Virus record (IMG/VR): IMGVR_UViG_2974696732_000001
Direction: 5' to 3' (one strand)
Origin: a virus
Taxonomy: Duplodnaviria > Heunggongvirae > Uroviricota > Caudoviricetes
DNA: 10,779 bases
Notes under the pieces: model-generated
The model's input: only the letters and a program-made list of their open reading frames with translations
Database searches by the model: none
Told to the model about the DNA's origin: nothing
Translations under genes and position numbers: made by a program
Shown: in pieces, positions 1 to 6,155 of the stretch
Layout of the letters: each line of letters begins with the position of its first letter
Numbering within the stretch: position 1 is the first letter of the stretch

Positions 1-540
1 AGTCCGGGATATCTCGCAGGTCTTACAAGCATTTGGAGGCACATTCCTAGGTCTAACACGCATCTGGCCCTCGAATCCAAGGCAAATAGGCTTCATAAGC
101 ATCGAAATTAGCCCCGAAAAATCACTCAAAACAAGCAGGAATCACGATATTTCGCCCCTAAATCGGACATTTTGCCCTGATTCTGCCCCGAATCCAGCAA
201 TTTTAACAGTCATTCGTAAAGCAGCCCCAATCCAGCCCTCATTCAGCCCCTAAATCCCCCGAAAATTAGGCATTCATCGTAAATGGACCCCACAATCTAA
301 GGTTGAATAGGCTCACATGCCTTAGATTGATAGGATTGGTGTCGATTCTCCCCATATACACGAGACACTGACCAATCTGGCTGTGATTGGGGATATCAGA
401 AATCCCCGGCAGTCTTAGAAGCCATTCGTAAATAGACTAAGTAAGCATACACGCATTATAGGTTGTTCTATGTATATGGGGTACAAGGACACCTATGACT
501 ACCGGCCTTGAATCATAGCTTTGTTGTCCATGTATATGGG

Positions 541-572
541 AAAAGCCCACACCAAAGTGTGGGCTTATTTTT
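541..572. terminator. Intrinsic terminator, possibly bidirectional
   Basis: AAGCCCACAC-CAAA-GTGTGGGCTT 10-bp stem (543-566), followed by ATTTTT on + and a short T tract on - (AAAA at 541-544). Confidence 0.7.
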
Positions 573-729
573 CTAACCAAATATGTCTCCAAAATCCGGG
601 AGTTTTCGGCCCCTTCGTAAAGGGAATCTCCGGGAAATTTAGGACGCTATCGTAAAGGGGAAAAAGTCGGACATGACGGACAAATCGTTGTCGATATTGG
701 TAGTCATCTAGTTAGTTAGGTTAGCTAAG

Positions 730-744
730 TGTCCGGGGCGGACA
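730..744. repeat. 15-bp palindromic box
   Basis: TGTCCG-GGG-CGGACA, perfect match to consensus. Confidence 0.9.
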
Positions 745-752
745 ATTGAAAG

Positions 753-831
753 GTCCCTGGGGAGAGGCCGACCTTCCTCTAATTAAGCCCTCGCCAGAAT
801 GACTGATAGGGCCCCCAGGGACACACTTTAT
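753..831 (-). ncRNA. Candidate structured small RNA (three-way junction)
   Basis: Directly downstream of promoter 838-866. Outer stem GTCCCTGGGG/CCCCAGGGAC (753-762/813-822) encloses hairpins AGAGG/CCTCT (763-780) and GCCCT/AGGGC (787-812). No listed ORF. Ends uncertain. Confidence 0.5.
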
Positions 832-837
832 ACTTCT

Positions 838-866
838 ATGTTAGCAAGGCAGTGTTACCTTGTCAA
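838..866 (-). promoter_or_regulatory. Housekeeping-sigma promoter (ncRNA candidate)
   Basis: TTGACA (861-866) -17- TAACAT (838-843) with extended -10 TGC. Confidence 0.75.
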
Positions 867-878
867 CATCACTTTAGG

Positions 879-1088
879 TCACCATTCCAGCTCGTCTTCC
901 ACGCAGTAGTGGGACACGAACGGAACGACCCATCGGGTATTGAGAAGATGACCCCTCTCCGTCCACAGAGTCAGAGTTGCAGTCTTGGAATCGAACTCGA
1001 TTCCCTTTCCGCCTCCCTGAATGTTATCGAAGATGAGTTCCCTTCGGACTCCCTCTTCCAGAACGATTACGGTTACCCTGTGAGTCAT
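879..1088 (-). CDS. Hypothetical protein, 69 aa
   Basis: RBS AAGGGGAAG overlapping the upstream stop; second gene under promoter 1298-1326. Confidence 0.8.
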   Translation of the reverse strand: MTHRVTVIVLEEGVRRELIFDNIQGGGKGIEFDSKTATLTLWTERGHLLNTRWVVPFVSHYCVEDELEW

Positions 1089-1097
1089 TGCTTCCCC

Positions 1098-1274
1098 TTA
1101 CACCGGCTCGTTCGGAATGATTACCTCGGTGTTGTCAGCGTTTCGGTAAACCGAGCAGTGACCACAAAGAGGTGTCTCAACATCGTTCAGGTTGAAGGTG
1201 CCGATGGCCCTGCGAGCGAAGCAACCTTCGCAGTCTTCGTTCTCTTCCGGACCGAAGGCCATGACCATCGCCAT
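1098..1274 (-). CDS. Small CxxC..CxxC putative zinc-binding protein, 58 aa
   Basis: Hand translation MAMVMAFGPEENEDCEGCFARRAIGTFNLNDVETPLCGHCSVYRNADNTEVIIPNEPV*; RBS GAAAGGGG; promoter just upstream. Not in ORF track. Confidence 0.85.
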   Translation of the reverse strand: MAMVMAFGPEENEDCEGCFARRAIGTFNLNDVETPLCGHCSVYRNADNTEVIIPNEPV

Positions 1275-1297
1275 GTCTTTCCCCTTTCGTTGATACG

Positions 1298-1326
1298 AGT
1301 CTAGCAGACTACAAGGACACTGTCTA
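1298..1326 (-). promoter_or_regulatory. Promoter
   Basis: TAGACA-17-TAGACT, extended -10 TGC. Confidence 0.85.
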
Positions 1327-1340
1327 CCCTGCCGGGCGAT

Positions 1341-1386
1341 TGTCCGGGGCCGCCAAAATCCCCCTAAACCCTTCTGGGCTAGGGGG
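1341..1386. repeat. Box plus hairpin module
   Basis: Box TGTCCG-GGG-CCGCCA (1341-1355); hairpin CCCCTA..TAGGGG (1361-1385). Confidence 0.75.
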
Positions 1387-1404
1387 ACTGGCGTGCCTAC
1401 TGCA

Positions 1405-2418
1405 TTACGCAGCGAGGCTCAGGACCGCCTTACGGATGCGGTTCTTTTCGGCGTTGACCACCGGGTCGAAACCGCTGGCAGCGATGAACAGGTTGTCCAC
1501 GTTGCCACCACGGGGCATCCGGTACCAGTCGATACGCTCGGTCAGAGCGTTCAGGGCACCGGCCATGGTTCCGGCCAGAGATTGAGTGGTCTTCGGACCG
1601 GGGGCCGTGTCGGTGAAGATGCCCATGAGCAGGTCACGCTTCGACTCCCACTTGACCATGCTGCCCTTGACATCCTTCTCGGGCTTGGGGTAGAGAGCCT
1701 GAACGATGCTGTCGAACTGGTCGCGCGTGCACTTGGCAGCGGCCAGCGTGGTCAGCTCACGCTCCAGCTCATCCCCGTACGCGAAGGTGATGTTCAGGGC
1801 CTCACGCGCGGCAGCCATGCGACCCTCGATGGTCTGCGTGTGGCGCATCTTGAACTGCTGCTTCACACCGTTACGGAGTGCGAAGTTCAGCGTGTTCTGA
1901 CACACGACACGGACCGGAGTGACGGACGCCTGAACGGCCACGGAACCATCGTGAGAGGTGTTGACCAGCAGATAGAGCTTGGTCACGTCGTCGTCACCGA
2001 TGACGATGTCACGAGAGATGGACAGAGACCCGAAGACCACACGCCCATCCTTGATGGAACCGGCAGTCTCCCAGGTTCCACCACCCGCGAGGATGCCGTC
2101 ACCGAAGCCGAACAGGTCTTCGTTCTGGACGACCTTGTACCGCTCGCCCACCGTGGCCAGAACGTCGTTCCGACCGGTGAAGGGGTTGGTACGGACCACC
2201 ATGTGCGGCTCGGTCACGAAGTCATAGGAGTCCGAGACCAGACCCATGATTTCCTTGACCGACTCCAGACGGACGTCCCAGCCCTTGAGGTGAGCCAGAG
2301 ACAGCATCTCGTCGGTGGTCAGCTCTCCCTCGAACACGGTTCCGAGGTTGTGCCACGCGGGCTCGTTGCGAGAAGCGAACGCGACCTGACCCTTGGAACC
2401 AATCTCAAGACCGTGCAT
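1405..2418 (-). CDS. DUF932 / TIGR03299 phage-plasmid-like protein, 337 aa
   Basis: Start moved to ATG 2418 (RBS AGGAGG). Family motifs recognised: PAWHNLGTV, LATVGERYKVVQN, WETAGSIKDGRVVF, LLVNTSHDGS, TPVRVVCQNTL, MRHT. Confidence 0.85.
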   Translation of the reverse strand: MHGLEIGSKGQVAFASRNEPAWHNLGTVFEGELTTDEMLSLAHLKGWDVRLESVKEIMGLVSDSYDFVTEPHMVVRTNPFTGRNDVLATVGERYKVVQNEDLFGFGDGILAGGGTWETAGSIKDGRVVFGSLSISRDIVIGDDDVTKLYLLVNTSHDGSVAVQASVTPVRVVCQNTLNFALRNGVKQQFKMRHTQTIEGRMAAAREALNITFAYGDELERELTTLAAAKCTRDQFDSIVQALYPKPEKDVKGSMVKWESKRDLLMGIFTDTAPGPKTTQSLAGTMAGALNALTERIDWYRMPRGGNVDNLFIAASGFDPVVNAEKNRIRKAVLSLAA

Positions 2419-2476
2419 GTTGTGCCTCCTAGGCAGATTGGTGTAAGGGCTGGTTTCCCTGCCCTTCGATGTCTCT

Positions 2477-2506
2477 AGTCTAGCAGTAAGCAAGGGTGGA
2501 TGTCTA
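2477..2506 (-). promoter_or_regulatory. Promoter
   Basis: TAGACA-18-TAGACT, extended -10 TGC. Confidence 0.8.
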
Positions 2507-2525
2507 CCCACACTGCCGGGCTCGA

Positions 2526-2592
2526 TGTCCATAATGTCCGATTTGCCGGTTGGCCGGGCCGGACACACCGAAGCCCCCTCCGGAGAGGGGGC
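2526..2592. repeat. Half-site array plus box plus hairpin module
   Basis: Half-sites at 2526, 2535, 2544; box TGGCCG-GGC-CGGACA (2551-2565); hairpin GCCCCCTC-CGGA-GAGGGGGC (2573-2592). Confidence 0.85.
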
Positions 2593-2613
2593 AGAGTGCG
2601 AGTCTTAGGAGAC

Positions 2614-3060
2614 TCAGTAGGCCGCGTCCAGCAGGGCACGCTCCCAGTCGGCCAGGTACATGCCGTTCAGCTTGGCCACGTAGGCGTCCACGATGTCCTT
2701 GGAGTCCTTGAGACCCAGACCCGTCTTCTCGCGGAGCTGCTTGATGCACTGAATCTTCTTGTGGGAACCGACCTCACGAACGATGTCCTTGACCAGCTCC
2801 TCACCCTGCGCCTTGACGCGCTTCTCGATGTCCCGGAGACGGGTCAGCTCCCAGCTCGTGGGCTGCTCGGCGTCGGCCTTGCCGGAGGCGTAGCCGTTCT
2901 TGTGGCCCTCGTTGTAGCCCTTGTCCTCGGCCACCCGCTGGACCTCGATGTGGTGGTCCATCATGCGACGGGCCAGACGCATCGCCTGGTCGAAGCTCAT
3001 GTGCGGCTGCTCGTCGTGCAGCATGACCAGGTAGACGGCGAGGTTGACGTTGGCGCTCAT
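2614..3060 (-). CDS. Protein with ribosomal bL12 (L7/L12) C-terminal-like segment, 148 aa
   Basis: Residues 101-125 KKIQCIKQLREKTGLGLKDSKDIVD match the bL12 CTD helix pair; RBS GGAG; high-GC3 codons. Confidence 0.8.
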   Translation of the reverse strand: MSANVNLAVYLVMLHDEQPHMSFDQAMRLARRMMDHHIEVQRVAEDKGYNEGHKNGYASGKADAEQPTSWELTRLRDIEKRVKAQGEELVKDIVREVGSHKKIQCIKQLREKTGLGLKDSKDIVDAYVAKLNGMYLADWERALLDAAY

Positions 3061-3106
3061 GTTAGTCTCCGTTTCTCAGGGGGTCCGTCCCCCTTTCGAT
3101 GTTCTA

Positions 3107-3136
3107 AGTCTACACGATGACAGGGACAAGGGTCAA
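3107..3136 (-). promoter_or_regulatory. Promoter
   Basis: TTGACC-18-TAGACT. Confidence 0.85.
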
Positions 3137-3157
3137 CACCGCCTGTGTGCTGATTTT

Positions 3158-3196
3158 TGTCCGGGCCCGACACGGGCCCCAGAAGTCAAGGGCCCG
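3158..3196. repeat. Box plus hairpin module
   Basis: Box TGTCCG-GGC-CCGACA (3158-3172); hairpin CGGGCCC-N10-GGGCCCG (3173-3196). Confidence 0.85.
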
Positions 3197-3202
3197 GTAG
3201 GG

Positions 3203-3538
3203 TCAAGGGTTCGTGTGTCCCCTTTTCAGTAGTATCTGTTCGATGACGAATTTGGAATCCATCACACGATTGAATTCGTCATCTGAGCGACTTTCCGTTC
3301 TTCCTGCCCACGCATTGAGCAGAGAGATGATGAATTGAAACATCACCGCTTGCACAGGCTCAGGGTAGGTAGAAAGGAGGTAGGCGAATGCATGGGGGTC
3401 GAAAGACCGTTTGTCCATTTCATCGATGAGCTTATTCGCCAGACGCTCATACGATGTGGGACGTGGTGTTACGAGTCGCGCACCCTCATACATGTCAGGT
3501 GCGATGATGCTTGTTCGTTTGAAGGGACTACGCGCCAC
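3203..3538 (-). CDS. Hypothetical protein, about 111 aa
   Basis: Probable GTG start at 3538 after GGGGGAGAG, overlapping the stop of 3528..3695; ATG 3493 is an alternative. The listed 3664 start overlaps another gene. Confidence 0.7.
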   Translation of the reverse strand: MARSPFKRTSIIAPDMYEGARLVTPRPTSYERLANKLIDEMDKRSFDPHAFAYLLSTYPEPVQAVMFQFIISLLNAWAGRTESRSDDEFNRVMDSKFVIEQILLKRGHTNP

Positions 3539-3695
3539 CCTCTCCCCCAAAATCCTGCGTTGTACCGTAGCCGTCTGAGACACTGACAGACAGGCCCAGC
3601 ACCTTTGCCATGAACTCAGCCGTAGCTGTGGCAAAGGGCCAGGCACTGTCGTGAGCGTCATCATCAGGCGTGTCGATTTCGATGATGACTGACAT
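3528..3695 (-). CDS. Hypothetical acidic protein, 55 aa
   Basis: Hand translation MSVIIEIDTPDDDAHDSAWPFATATAEFMAKVLGLSVSVSDGYGTTQDFGGEGGA*; RBS TAGGATAGGA next to the upstream stop; fills the operon gap. Not in ORF track. Confidence 0.75.
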   Translation of the reverse strand: MSVIIEIDTPDDDAHDSAWPFATATAEFMAKVLGLSVSVSDGYGTTQDFGGEGGA

Positions 3696-3704
3696 GTTCC
3701 TATC

Positions 3705-4223
3705 CTATCGCGCGTGAACCTCTACGTCCATCCCGAGCACCACCGGGGAGCCACAGCCGCAGTGCGACAGGCTGTAACCGCACTTGCACACCTCGCGCTC
3801 CGAGAGACGGATACGCTTGTTGCCGTACCAAGCGGTGTACTCCGTACGGGGCGAACGGGTCGGGTTGGCGTGCGGACGGACATCCTTGCCCGTCACCTTG
3901 ACGTGGACGCCGGGCGCAGCGGGCTTGACCTCCGGGTTGTCCGCCTTGTAAGCGGCCAGCACCTCAGCGGAGAGACGACCACGGGCCGAAACGGTCATGC
4001 CCTTGGAAGTGGCCCACGCACGGACCGCCTTCGCATCGAACTGTCCGGCCTTGGGAGCGGCCTTGACGACCTTGCGCGGAGTGGCGTCGGTGTCGGTGAA
4101 GACCTTGCCCGACTTCTCAGCCTCCGCGATGGCCTCGTATGCGGCAGCGCTCATCCGGCCACGGGACTCCTTGGCCAGGCCCAGAGAGACAGCGTACGCG
4201 CGACGGGTCATGTTGACGTTCAT
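3705..4223 (-). CDS. lsr2: Lsr2-like DNA-binding protein, 172 aa
   Basis: Residues 62-94 FDAKAVRAWATSKGMTVSARGRLSAEVLAAYKA match the Lsr2 C-terminal RGR (AT-hook-like) domain. A second RGR module lies at residues ~5-35 and a Cys cluster at 146-157. RBS GAGGGAAGG. Confidence 0.85.
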   Translation of the reverse strand: MNVNMTRRAYAVSLGLAKESRGRMSAAAYEAIAEAEKSGKVFTDTDATPRKVVKAAPKAGQFDAKAVRAWATSKGMTVSARGRLSAEVLAAYKADNPEVKPAAPGVHVKVTGKDVRPHANPTRSPRTEYTAWYGNKRIRLSEREVCKCGYSLSHCGCGSPVVLGMDVEVHAR

Positions 4224-4250
4224 GGGGTTTCCTTCCCTCGGTGTGCACTC

Positions 4251-4279
4251 AGTCTATCGGATTGAAGGCGGAGAGGCAA
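4251..4279 (-). promoter_or_regulatory. Inner promoter of lsr2-like operon
   Basis: TTGCCT-17-TAGACT. Confidence 0.65.
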
Positions 4280-4320
4280 GCCCCGGTGCAGAGGTTGGTT
4301 TCCCTCCCCTTCATGTCTCT

Positions 4321-4350
4321 AGTATAGAGGACGTAACAGGGTCATGTCTA
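4321..4350 (-). promoter_or_regulatory. Outer promoter of lsr2-like operon
   Basis: TAGACA-18-TATACT. Confidence 0.8.
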
Positions 4351-4360
4351 CAGCCTAGAA

Positions 4361-4416
4361 TGTCCGTTTTGTCCGATATGCCCGTTGTCCGGGCCCGACA
4401 TGCCCCCGAAGGGGCA
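4361..4416. repeat. Half-site array plus box plus hairpin module
   Basis: Half-sites at 4361, 4370, 4379; box TGTCCG-GGC-CCGACA (4386-4400); hairpin TGCCCC-CGAA-GGGGCA (4401-4416). Confidence 0.9.
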
Positions 4417-4421
4417 AGGGG

Positions 4422-5156
4422 CTAAGCCTTCCTGCGCTTAGGAACCTTAGAGGCGAATCGGATATCCGCCTTACCAAAGATGCAAAGGCCACACGTCACA
4501 CATGCGCCTCCATCCTTAGTGATAAGGGGAATGCGCTTGGCATTCTCAGGGCAGATAGCGCCAGGCTTACCAGTTTCGGTAAGCATGAATTCCTTGCCCT
4601 TTTCGTGAGTCTCGTCAAGGTAGGCAAGACGCACAGACGGATATTCCTTTTGCGTTTCCAGCGCCTTTTCCTTGTTCTCACTGTCTACACTGAGATACAC
4701 AGAGAGATTGGGCAGACCGTAGATGAATCCCACGTACTCGAAAGAGCGCGTGTAAATCCAGAATTGCACATCCGGAAAGGATTCACAGGTCATTTCGATG
4801 GCCTCTGCATAGGTGGCAGAGAAAATGTCACCATCTGCGTGCCAGCGGAATACCTTGGGAACGTTGTGCTTTTCGCATTCCTCTCGGAACTCACTCACCA
4901 TTTCGGCAAGCAAGTAAACCATTCGAATGAGGCTTGCGTCTTTCAGCAATTCCCAATTGTGCAGGGCAAGGTCACGGAATGCCGGGTATTGCTTTTCCAG
5001 CTTACCGGCATAGCAGACCGTCTCACACACGCCGGTCGCGCCAGGGCAGGAATACGCCTTGCCACTGGGCAGGGAGAATGCGTTTTTGATGAGAGACTGA
5101 GTGCCAGCACCGTTTGCACGATTGGCAGTCTTACGGTCGTGCGAGCGCTTGAGCAT
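4422..5156 (-). CDS. GP88-like Cys-rich (putative Fe-S, radical-SAM-like) phage protein, 244 aa
   Basis: Start moved to ATG 5156 (RBS GAAAGGA). Motifs FSLPSGKAYSCPGATGVCETVCYA, FRWHADGDIFS, WIYTRS, NLSVYLSVD, CPEN..ACVTCGLC. Confidence 0.75.
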   Translation of the reverse strand: MLKRSHDRKTANRANGAGTQSLIKNAFSLPSGKAYSCPGATGVCETVCYAGKLEKQYPAFRDLALHNWELLKDASLIRMVYLLAEMVSEFREECEKHNVPKVFRWHADGDIFSATYAEAIEMTCESFPDVQFWIYTRSFEYVGFIYGLPNLSVYLSVDSENKEKALETQKEYPSVRLAYLDETHEKGKEFMLTETGKPGAICPENAKRIPLITKDGGACVTCGLCIFGKADIRFASKVPKRRKA

Positions 5157-5182
5157 GACAGTCCTTTCGTTGACGTAAGTCG

Positions 5183-5211
5183 AGTCTATCAGAGACAGGC
5201 TACGTAAACAA
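5183..5211 (-). promoter_or_regulatory. Promoter
   Basis: TTGTTT-17-TAGACT, extended -10 TGA. Confidence 0.7.
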
Positions 5212-5221
5212 GCCCTCAAAA

Positions 5222-5278
5222 TGTCCGTTTTGCCCGATGTCCGGGGCGGCCAAAGGCCCCCTCCAAACGGAGGGGGCC
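5222..5278. repeat. Half-site array plus box plus hairpin module
   Basis: Half-sites at 5222, 5231; box TGTCCG-GGG-CGGCCA (5238-5252); 10-bp stem GGCCCCCTCC-AAAC-GGAGGGGGCC (5255-5278), TTT after it on the minus strand. Confidence 0.85.
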
Positions 5279-5298
5279 AAGTGGGTTGAACTGGTGAC

Positions 5299-5472
5299 TC
5301 ACTCGGAGTCGGAAGGAGCGAACTCGCCCTGCTCGAACGCGATGTCGAGGAAGCGCTGCGCCTGCTCGCTGTCCAGGTGGGCGATGGCCTCGTTCACGAG
5401 GGTCTGCCGGGTGCTGGCCTTGAGCGGGGTGTTGGCGAAGGAACGGGCGATGGTGTCGAGGACGAGCTGCAT
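5299..5472 (-). CDS. Hypothetical protein, 57 aa
   Basis: Hand translation MQLVLDTIARSFANTPLKASTRQTLVNEAIAHLDSEQAQRFLDIAFEQGEFAPSDSE*; RBS AGAAGGAG; 54 of 57 codons end in G/C. Not in ORF track. Confidence 0.9.
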   Translation of the reverse strand: MQLVLDTIARSFANTPLKASTRQTLVNEAIAHLDSEQAQRFLDIAFEQGEFAPSDSE

Positions 5473-5518
5473 GGTGATTCTCCTTCTCTAGGGGGTGTTT
5501 CCCCCTTTCGATACCCTA

Positions 5519-5548
5519 AGTCTACACGACGCCTAGGGCTGTGTGCAA
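5519..5548 (-). promoter_or_regulatory. Promoter
   Basis: TTGCAC-18-TAGACT. Confidence 0.8.
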
Positions 5549-5569
5549 GCCTGAATCTGAGGTGATTTT

Positions 5570-5603
5570 TGTCCGGCCCGGACACAGACCCCCGAAGGGG
5601 CCC
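5570..5603. repeat. Box plus hairpin module
   Basis: Perfect box TGTCCG-GCC-CGGACA (5570-5584); hairpin CCCC-CGAA-GGGG (5589-5600), extended by G-U pairs only on the minus strand. Confidence 0.9.
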
Positions 5604-5607
5604 GGTG

Positions 5608-5667
5608 TCAGAAGAGAATGAGCAGAATGAACAGGACTGCGATGAGCCACACATACCCATCACGCAT
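5608..5667 (-). CDS. 19-aa hydrophobic micropeptide (single TM-like)
   Basis: MRDGYVWLIAVLFILLILF*; RBS GGAGGT inside the upstream ORF; start overlaps upstream stop; stop just before the hairpin module. Confidence 0.6.
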   Translation of the reverse strand: MRDGYVWLIAVLFILLILF

Positions 5668-5737
5668 TCTCGCACACCTCCCGGTACCAAGCGTAGTGCG
5701 TGTAGGGGTAGAAGTGAAGCCATTCCACGAAGTACAT
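5660..5737 (-). CDS. 25-aa aromatic-rich micropeptide
   Basis: MYFVEWLHFYPYTHYAWYREVCENA*; RBS AGGAGT overlapping the TAG of the upstream gene. Confidence 0.6.
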   Translation of the reverse strand: MYFVEWLHFYPYTHYAWYREVCENA

Positions 5738-5744
5738 GACACTC

Positions 5745-6044
5745 CTAGAAGAGTTCGGGTCCGGACTCGCTGTCTTCCGTCCAGTCCTCAGTATACTCGA
5801 TGAACTCGACGTTCAGCAACCACGCGATAAGAACTCGGTGGTGTCCGTTGAAAACGGTGTTCGACTCCACCATGTAGATGATGGGGTCAAGGATGCCCTT
5901 GGAGCAAGATTCAACAAACTCAGGGTTTCCCTCAAAGAGGTCGTTGAACTTCTCTTCGAACATCTGCCAGGTGGTGTGACCCTTGGCCTCAGCATCATTG
6001 AAGATAGCCGACTCAATCAGCTTCGCAACAGATACCTTGGCCAT
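5745..6044 (-). CDS. ParB/Srx N-terminal-like domain protein, 99 aa
   Basis: FVESCSKGILDPIIYMVESNTVFNGHHRVLIAWLLN fits the ParBc pattern G..xPI...[DN]GHHR..A..L; no HTH; RBS AAGGAGG. Confidence 0.65.
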   Translation of the reverse strand: MAKVSVAKLIESAIFNDAEAKGHTTWQMFEEKFNDLFEGNPEFVESCSKGILDPIIYMVESNTVFNGHHRVLIAWLLNVEFIEYTEDWTEDSESGPELF

Positions 6045-6070
6045 GTCGCCCTCCTTGGCTTGATAGGTCT

Positions 6071-6099
6071 AGTCTACATGAGTACAAGGGCTGTGTCTA
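6071..6099 (-). promoter_or_regulatory. Promoter
   Basis: TAGACA-17-TAGACT. Confidence 0.85.
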
Positions 6100-6113
6100 G
6101 TGCCGGGCCAAAT

Positions 6114-6152
6114 TGTCCGGGGCGGCCAAATGGGGCCCCGGAGGGCCCCATT
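6114..6152. repeat. Box plus hairpin module
   Basis: Box TGTCCG-GGG-CGGCCA (6114-6128); 10-bp stem AATGGGGCCC-CGGA-GGGCCCCATT (6129-6152). Confidence 0.9.
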
Positions 6153-6155
6153 GGG

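Larger units (their letters stand above)
1..878. other. Non-coding terminal-like region with short repeats
   Basis: No listed ORF starts before 852. TCGTAAA x5 (214, 277, 426, 615, 650), GCCCCTAAATC x2 (154, 246) plus degenerate copies, TGTATATGGG at 471 and 531 and inverted at 351. Confidence 0.7.

Noticed and set aside
433-438. Plus-strand TAGACT
   Set aside because: No -35-like hexamer 17-18 bp upstream and no gene downstream.
665-694. Possible leftward promoter paired with the 730 box (TCGACA-18-CCGACT)
   Set aside because: The -10 lacks the essential TA; at most a decayed module.
709-729. (GTTA)n-like short tandem repeat
   Set aside because: Only about four imperfect units and single occurrence; not distinguishable from local low complexity.
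753-822. tRNA or hammerhead ribozyme
   Set aside because: Only two internal arms, no T-loop or CCA; CTGATAG at 803-809 is not the CUGANGA core and no GAAA is correctly placed.
1393-2478. 361-aa plus-strand ORF
   Set aside because: Antisense shadow of the DUF932 gene caused by high-GC3 codons; no RBS, promoter or recognisable domain.
5745-6044. Boxes as parS sites for the ParB-like protein
   Set aside because: No similarity to actinobacterial parS (GTTTCACGTGAAAC) and the protein has no HTH.
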